This document shows, one piece after another, positions 56,621-64,000 of a DNA stretch of 64,000 nucleotides. The stretch's first letter is position 1. Each line of letters starts with the position of its first letter. The stretch is from Nymphaea colorata (lineage: Eukaryota). Location of the stretch: contig NC_045138.2 in NCBI RefSeq assembly GCF_008831285.2, positions 5,208,001-5,272,000 on the forward strand, written 5' to 3'. The translations under genes and the position numbers were made by a program. The notes beneath the pieces are model-generated. The model made no database searches. It was not told the DNA's origin and was given only the letters and a program-made list of their open reading frames with translations.

Positions 56621-56687
56621 CCTGAGCTAAGTCATCCGAGAGGCAGTGAAAGCATTCAGCATTCAACAACAAACACACACTGTTCTA

Positions 56688-59193
56688 ATGGCTGCTCATC
56701 TTGCCTCCCTTTCCACTCTTTTTGTTACTTCCCCCAAGCTTGCTTCTAATAGCAAGGCTGGGTTCAAGCCATGGAGCACCACCCTGGTGAGATGTGAGCC
56801 AAGGGCTGAGGGCTGCGGTAGGTCTGCTGCTCAAAGGAGGCCTTCCAGATACCAGCCAAGTACATGGAACTATGACTTCATCCAGTCCATTACCAGCGCA
56901 ACATCAGTAATTTTCCATACCTCTGATCTGACTATTATTTTGTTTATTTGGGTGTGATGATGTGATCATAATTGAAAGACATGAAAATCAAAGCAGATCG
57001 AAACACAAAGGACCAGAGTCGAAGAATTGAGAAGAGAAGTCCGACAACTTATAACATCTACAACTGAGCAAGTGGCTCAGTTGGAGCTCATCAATTCACT
57101 TGAACGTTTAGGTGTAGCGTATCACTTTGAGAGTGAGATCAGGCGATCGCTAGATGCCATATCCACGAGCACTAGAGGATTTGAGGACCTCTACTCCTCT
57201 TCACTTCGGTTCAGAATTCTGAGGCAACATGGCTATAATGTTTCTGCAGGTATACATATATATATACACATGTGTTAATTCCAAAAAACTGACTCAATAA
57301 TTAGTTCTTAATCTAGACTGTCTATTACGAATGTGTTAATTGACACTAACCATTAAAGTTTCTTTTTGCATTTCGTAGAGTGCTTTAGTAGATTTAGGGA
57401 ACAGTCAGGCCGGTTCTCTGAGAATCTTCGTGAGGACGTGAGAGGGTTGCTGAGCCTCTACGAAGCATCACAACTAGCCTGTGAAGGAGAAACTGTGTTG
57501 GAAGAAGCTACGGCCTTCTCTTCAGAGCATCTTAGAGCAAGGATAAGCCGCATGGACCAGAGGATGTCTCGACAGGTACAGCGTGCTCTGCAGGTTCCGC
57601 TCCACAGAAGGGTTCGCAGGGTCGAGGCCCGAGAGTATATTGAGACATTCGAGAGGACGGACCGCAGAAGCCAAGTGCTGCATGAGTTTGCTAGGCTGGA
57701 CTTCAACATGGTGCAGACAATCCACCAAAGAGAGCTCAGGGAGTTATCCGGGTACAATTCATTCTTGCACTTTTGCCTAAATAACTTGGTTAATAGTTGA
57801 TAATAATGCAGCAACTAATGTCATTCTATGTATATATGTATATCAGTAATGAATATCTTGTATGTTACATTGTTGCTGGCCTGCATCATTGGGTCCATGA
57901 ATAATCAACCATGAGTCCTTTGTTTTGGGTGTTTGCAGGTGGTGGAGGGACTTGGGCTTGGGCGAGCACATTAGCTTCGCCAGAGATAGGCTGGTGGAGA
58001 GCTACTTCATGGCGGTGGGGAAGATGCATGAGCCACAGTTCTCACAGTACAGGATGCAACTCGCCAGGGTCTCGTACTTGATGGCCACCGTTGAGGACAT
58101 CTTCAGCGAGCATCAGTCTGTTGAGGAGCTCGAACGCTTTGTGCAAGTTGTTGAGAGGTAAAGGATGATCATGGTTGATGAATTAGAGAGAGCAACTCTG
58201 TCTCTAGTTTCTGCTTCACATTGTTAGGAGCCAATGAGGATGCTCTATATTGTATATACGCAGGTGGGATCTTCAAGCGGCAGAGCAGCTGCCTCAGTCA
58301 CTGAGGGTCTTCTATGCGGCTGTCTACAACACAACCAACCAGATCAGCTACACTGTTCTTAGGAGGCATGGCCGTGATATCACTTCACACATGAGGAGAG
58401 CGGTACGACACTTTCTCTATGAAATATTTCTTCTACTCTTCACATCATCACATTAGTATATTAGCTTCACTTTCTAATTGACTTGCTCTCTTCTACTCTT
58501 GGGCAGTGGGTGAGTGTGTGCAGAGCTTACTTGGTTGAAGCAAGGTGGCACCGTGCCCGGCAGACACCAAGGCTAGAGGAATATTTGAGCAACATCCGGG
58601 CAGCCATGACCGGCCCTATTCTCCTCCCTGCCTACTTCTTCCTCTCCCAAAACATTGAGGAACAAGCAATCCAGCAGCTGCAGAATGACTCCAACATCAT
58701 CAACTTCTCATCGATGATAGTTCGTCTCTCGGCAGACCTCCAGAGATCCAGGGTTAGTTTAGTGTATTTTCTGCTGGTTAACTAGTATTAGCTTCTGAGT
58801 TGACAATGTTCTTGTTCTGTTTTTTTTTATTTGATTGGCTGATGATCTTCTCTTTATATGTTGAACACTTGATCGAAGGTTGGATTCGGGAGAGGGAACC
58901 TGCCTAGATCGGTCCAGATTTATATGAACGAGGCAAGGGTAGCGGAGGAGCAAGCACGGCAGCACATAAGGAAGTTGCTAAGGGATGCATGGAGGAGGCT
59001 GAACAGGGAGCTGCTCTCTGCTCAGCAGCAGCAGCAACAGACCGCCTTCTCTCGTTCCTTCATGAACGTGGCTCTCAACATTGCGAGGGTCTCCCAGTGC
59101 ATGTACGACTATGAAGATGGCGTCGGTGTCTTGGAGCATGAGTCCATGGACCGTATCTACTCTCTCATTGCCGAGCCCATCCAGACTGCCTAA
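56688..59193 (+). CDS. Terpene-synthase-like protein (TPS-b-like, predicted plastid transit peptide, 587 aa) lacking DDxxD and NSE/DTE; exons 56688-56906, 56997-57249, 57379-57751, 57939-58157, 58264-58402, 58507-58752, 58879-59193
   Basis: RRx8W (RRPSRYQPSTW), LELINSLERLGVAYHFESEI, LRFRILRQHGY, GLLSLYEAS, ARLDFNMVQ, FARDRLVE, AYLVEARW and LEEYL. Class III 7-exon layout with GT-AG introns; exons total 1764 nt, in frame to TAA. Confidence 0.92.
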
Positions 59194-59589
59194 GCAACTG
59201 TTTCCCAATCTATCAACCATGTTGGTGCCCATTAACCGAATCCTACTTATGATGCTATGTATCATCATGTAATAAAATGGGTACATTAATAAATTAAATT
59301 CAGTACTCTCTCTCTCTTTATCTTTATCTCTCTCTCTCTCTCGCGGTCACATGTATGCACACAGTCATAATTTCCCTTATATCTATACACCTCATAAAGC
59401 ACTTCTTGTGGTCGTCTCTAAAGATTTGGAACCATCCTCCCTTGCTCAAGCCGTTAAGCATCAATGTTGGTGTGACGCCATGGCTGCTTAATTTAAAGCA
59501 CAATAAGAGAATGAAACATTAGATTTGGTGCAAACTCTAAAAAACGTAAAACCATGGGGAATAAGAGGGATGCATTCTAAGGCTTTCTT

Positions 59590-59780
59590 ACCTTGCATCC
59601 TTGAGGGCAGCCGGCAATAGTTCCAGCTTCCTCTGGAGGTTGATGAGATCGTCTTTCGCATTCAAGATGAGGCCGACCTTTTCTTTCAATAAACTGGTGA
59701 CGGCTTCCAAAATAACAGAAAGAGCGCTTCTGCAAGTAGGTCCATTACTAACGCCAACCTCCTCTGTTTCTTGGTGGACG
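59590..59780 (-). pseudogene. NLR N-terminal coiled-coil fragment
   Basis: SVILEAVTSLLKEKVGLILNAKDDLINLQRKLELLPAALKDA matches the copy C/D N-terminus (NAKDDLKKLQR...AIKDAD). It is frameshifted relative to the ATG at 59745, and the upstream leader is also similar. Confidence 0.7.
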
Positions 59781-61522
59781 GGAAGAGCAGAGGAAAAGAA
59801 TCAGAAGTGAAGAAATTCGGCAAATTAAGGAAGAGATCAAACTTATAAAGGTGAGCAAGTGGACTCTCGCTTTCTTTTAACTCAGAAAATTAAATTTCTC
59901 AAGTTGCTGAGTTTATGAGAGAATATATCTTTAAGGGTCCATTTGTTTGCTTCCAATCAGAAGCTTTACCGATTTGGACTATGGTGAGCCCATAGGCTTC
60001 TATGCACACCGGCAAAGTTTCATATATTTTTTCTGCCAAACAAATCTGGGAAAAATGTCTCAATCCCAATCTTGTACAATTCCCTTTTCTCACGTTTGCA
60101 TATTTCTTTTTCGAGGGTTTTCTTCTATCCTATTTTTTCTCTTCTCAAAATCACAAAGCTTATTTAGATATCAGGCTTGGGCAATTTATGGTTCTTGCAC
60201 CAAGGATTGGATAATAAGATACAACTCTAACCTTCTGCCCAAAATTGCTGACCCAAGACGAGACAGGAGAGGAATGGATATGTAAATTACTTGATGTTAA
60301 AAATATTTTCTTCCCATGCTTCCTAACTTTTAACATATCGAATTAAAATTAAGTAATTTGGTATATATCCAATTGGATAGTAAATTCAAAATAAAATAAA
60401 GCTAAATTTATATATCCAAATCCAAATTTAAATATCTGAGTCCAATCCATAGTTAAAATCGGAGTTTCAATATACATCAAATCCAAAGTTATTACAACTA
60501 AAAATGTTCTCAAAGTTCTAGATCTGGACCCGGTTCAAAGTAAGGGTGTTTTCATATACAACAACCGTCCTTTATGTTTTTATGATGTAATCTTCTCACC
60601 CACCGTTTTGCATAGGGCTAAGTATATAAACTCCCTCAGCGCCTTATGTTGCCCTTTAGTTTATAAAAGGAGCTAAGAGGGCATTTGGCAATAGAGACAC
60701 TTTGTGAGTGACCTACAAATCTACACCAAAATTATAGAAGGTTCATTGGACACTAGAGCTATTGGTTCATGACCTTTATCAATTTTCTGGGCAGATTCAT
60801 GGAACCTTCACAATCAATGCTACCCCTCAAAGGAACACATTGCTCACATGCAGTCATTCATTATTTATTAAAATATTAGAATGACATTTTTCAATTAATA
60901 AATTTTGTTTCCATAACAATTTAAGAGCAACAATATTTCCTAATCAACGTCCTAATAGTTTGAAAATTCTTAGAAGGAGTAATCACCCCAAATTTCCTAA
61001 AATTCAATATTTATCATTTTCCAAACATTTCATGATAACAACTGCCTCAGCCCCTGCCCCACTTCCAACTCTATAGCAAACTTGGCCATGCACCCACCAA
61101 ATGGGTGTCGCTTTCAAACATACACCTGCCATCGCCACTGTCTCCACAAGAAGTGGAGAAATCCTGCATTTCTTCACCACTCGCACAGCCCAGTTCTTTC
61201 TTTTGACCATGTCCTGCAAGGTTATCTGAAGATCCCGGGAGAAGACGGCATTTTAGAACTGCCGCATCTGCTGTCGTAGGCACAAACCTCGCCAGAGAGG
61301 GCATTCCAAGCGTGATTTTCTCTGGAGCGCATTTTTGGCTGGAGGCGATTCAGAGGTCGAGTAAGGTGGCGTTGGATTTGGGCACGTGTCTAGTATTCTT
61401 TATCTATTTTTCAGATTTTTTGGACAGTCTGTGAAGAGATACAGAATTTACAAGTGCCACAGATTTCTAAAGGACCCTGCGACCCAGACTCTCTTCAGCT
61501 GGGAATCTGCAGTGTCAATATC

Positions 61523-63640
61523 ATGGCTGACACTGCTGGATCAAATCAAAGAGATAAAACATTCAAGGGAGCCAAGTCCACCGAGCATAATACCCTGAAA
61601 ATCAAAGAGATAAAACATTCATGGGAGTTTTGCGAAGGCTGCTCAATTGGTTCTTAGTGGAAAATCAAAGGCATGATATATTAATGGGAAAATCAAAGCT
61701 CCAACCACTACTGATCCCAACTATCATGAGTGGGAATCAGAGAATGGCATGGTTATGGCGTGGCTGCTCAACTCTATGGAACCATCCATAGCAAATCTGT
61801 TTACATATCAAGATACTGCTTGCGGAATATGGGAGGCTTTAAAAGAACTTTACAGTGAGCAAAATAATCTTGCTCAAGTATACCAGATACAATGCAAGAT
61901 TCCCAATCTCACCCTCCATGACCAAGATGTGCAGCAGTACATTGGGATACTCAGGATTCCATATGATGAGCTCCTCCAATATCGACCAGCGACCTCTGAT
62001 CCAGTCATTTACGAACAACATTTTGAAGAAGATCAAATCTTCAAGGTCCTCGTTGGATTGAGTGAGGACTATGAAGCCATAAGGACTCAAATCCTGAATA
62101 CTATGCCGCTGCCAAAATTCAATGCTGTTTGTCAAATGATTCAGAGAGAGGTGTCAAGGCGAAGAGTCATGAGCGTCCCTCCTAAAATGGACGCCATAGA
62201 AGACAGCCAAAAAAGAATGGTGTGTCTTTCACAATCGGGCACTAATCAAGGCATACAAAGGTACCACTCAAACACACAGAAAAATCACAGCAAACTTAAG
62301 TGTACTCACTGCAGGAAATTGGGTCACACACGCGATCGCCGCAGGGAACTTGTGTTTCTACCAGGGAAGGAAAAGGGATCTTCTTCAATACCAGACAAAG
62401 ACATCAACCTTGCAAACTTTGTCAGCAAAGATGAGTGACGTCTCAGAAGGTAAGTTCTGTGCCTTATTGACTGACACTAAAAATAAATCCTCGATAGTTG
62501 ATTCTAGTGCCACTGATCACATGACTAATGATCCCACAAGACTTGCCGATCTAAATAAGGATCTTCATCGTTCTGTTTTTTCTGCTGTTGGGTCATCTAT
62601 GGTTGTTCCTGGCATTGGAAAAACATTCTTCGAGAAAAATATTAGTTCCGCTTTACTTGTTCCTTAGCTTGCTATCAACCTTATGTATGTTAGCAAAATC
62701 ACTGAAGATTATAATTGTGTGGTTATTTTCTCCAAGAAGGTTGTAACATTTCAGGACCCGAGCACGAAGAAGGTGACTGGTAAGGTTCGATGCCATGGTG
62801 AACCCTACACTTTGGACACCGACAGTTTGAGTTGATTCACCAAACCAAAATCTACTCCAAGGAAGGACTATCAAATTTGACATGATTGATTAGGACACAT
62901 ATATGAATGGAACCTCAGTTCCCTCATCACTTCCCTCACCATTGATGATAATAAAGAATGTAATGCATGCGAATTCGCCAAATTCACATGCCTCACCTTC
63001 TTGCCGATTCATGAAAGGTCTGAAAAAGATTTCAATCTCATTCACTCGGATGTTTGGGGACCTGCTCCAGAGGACTCTCATGCCGGTTTTAAGTTTTATG
63101 TCTCTTTCATTGATGATAAGACTCGTGTAACTTCGATTTATTTTTTCAAAAATAAGAGTGAAGTTCCAAAAAATTTTGTAGAATTCTGTGCCCTCATTCT
63201 CCCTCAATATGTTGCTAAGATTAAAATGCTTCGCTTTGACAATGGTTGTGAATATGTGAATGATGCATTGAAAAACTTTATGAGGAAGCATGGAATACAG
63301 CCCCAATGTACCTGCACCGGGATGCCTCCGCAAAACGGCATTGCAGAAAGAAAAAACCGACAACTTCTGAATATTGCTCGGGCTTTTATGATGCACATGA
63401 ACGTACCTCAGACAACTTCTGAATATTGCTCGGGCTCTTATGATGCACATGAACGTACCTCAGATTTTTTGGAGCGAAGCCATTGGGACAGCATGTTATG
63501 TATCCAATCGAGTTCCAAACTCTAGAATAGAAGGAAAAATTCCCCTTGAGCAACTTCTCAATAAGCAGCTGTCACTTGAACACCTCAGGGTATTTGGGTG
63601 CAAATGTTTCGTACTTGTGCAAGAAAGATTTAGAAAAAAT
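61523..63640 (+). mobile_element. Degenerate Ty1/copia element (gag, protease, integrase), truncated before RT
   Basis: gag VMAWLLNSMEPSI, broken zinc knuckle CTHCRKLGH, protease IVDSSATDHMT and integrase LIHSDVWGP...PPQNGIAERKNR, with multiple stops and frameshifts. Confidence 0.88.
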
Positions 63641-63859
63641 TCCAGTGATTACATGGTCTACTTTAACTACTATATTGTTTGTCAAGTATTGCTTCAAACT
63701 TAAATTATTGTTATCTATACATTCATTTTTTTTTTTGGGTCTGTGATGTAATATATTGTAGTCAACTATTTAGAATCAAGTAGTAGTATCACGTGCATAT
63801 CATTGTGCATCTTTGGACTCCCATTTCCAGTGGTGGAGATAGGAATTTCTGGTTAAGTA

Positions 63860-64000
63860 ATGATGTCAATATATTCGATTTGAATCAGATGTCCAGCCAA
63901 ACCATTCTGAAAAACCAGTTATAGAAAAAAAATATAATGTCCAATGGAAAAATGAGATCAGGTTTGGATTTAAGAAATGACATTCTATTGGATTCAGATT
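63860..64000. mobile_element. Start of another TAGGGATG-family MITE, running off the right edge
   Basis: GATGTCAATATAT...GGATTTAAGAAATGACAT...GGATTCAGAT resembles 13246-13380. Confidence 0.55.

Larger units (their letters stand above)
42871..57298 (+). repeat. ~14.5-kb segmental duplication, copy 2
   Basis: Starts at the first base after the gap with sequence matching 28245 onward. Confidence 0.95.

Noticed and set aside
57458..57814. Antisense ORFs over TPS exons (also 58978-59286)
   Set aside because: They are shadow ORFs of a GC-richer coding strand.
60700..61050. 5' LTR and PBS of the right-hand copia element
   Set aside because: Only a weak PBS-like string (CATGATAACAACTGCC) is present, and there is no second LTR to confirm boundaries.

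Overview
Plant (angiosperm) nuclear DNA, AT-rich and TE-rich, with one 100-N scaffold gap (42771-42870). From left to right: (1) an apparently intact Ty1/copia LTR retrotransposon on the minus strand, running off the left edge and probably lying in an intron of (2) a SWI2/SNF2 chromatin-remodelling ATPase gene (CHR12/CHR23, MINU-like; last four exons, 4029-6945). (3) LINE remnants and several hAT-type MITEs, two with clear 8-bp TSDs. (4) A decaying CC-NB-ARC-LRR (NLR) cluster: three full-length pseudogenes on the minus strand, an inverted LRR fragment and an N-terminal fragment, interrupted by a 5'-deleted copia element. (5) A ~14.5-kb direct duplication whose two copies meet exactly at the N gap, so it may be an uncollapsed haplotype rather than a true tandem repeat. 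(6) A complete 7-exon, 587-aa plastid-type TPS-b-like terpene synthase gene (56688-59193). (7) A degenerate copia element near the right end. The most unusual object is the TPS. Its frame and splice sites are intact, yet both Mg2+-binding motifs (DDxxD and NSE/DTE) are lost. By hand count the ~538-aa mature region has only 2 Lys against about 71 Arg and 43 Gln. This suggests a non-catalytic, repurposed terpene-synthase-fold protein. All calls were made by eye; no alignments or database searches were run.
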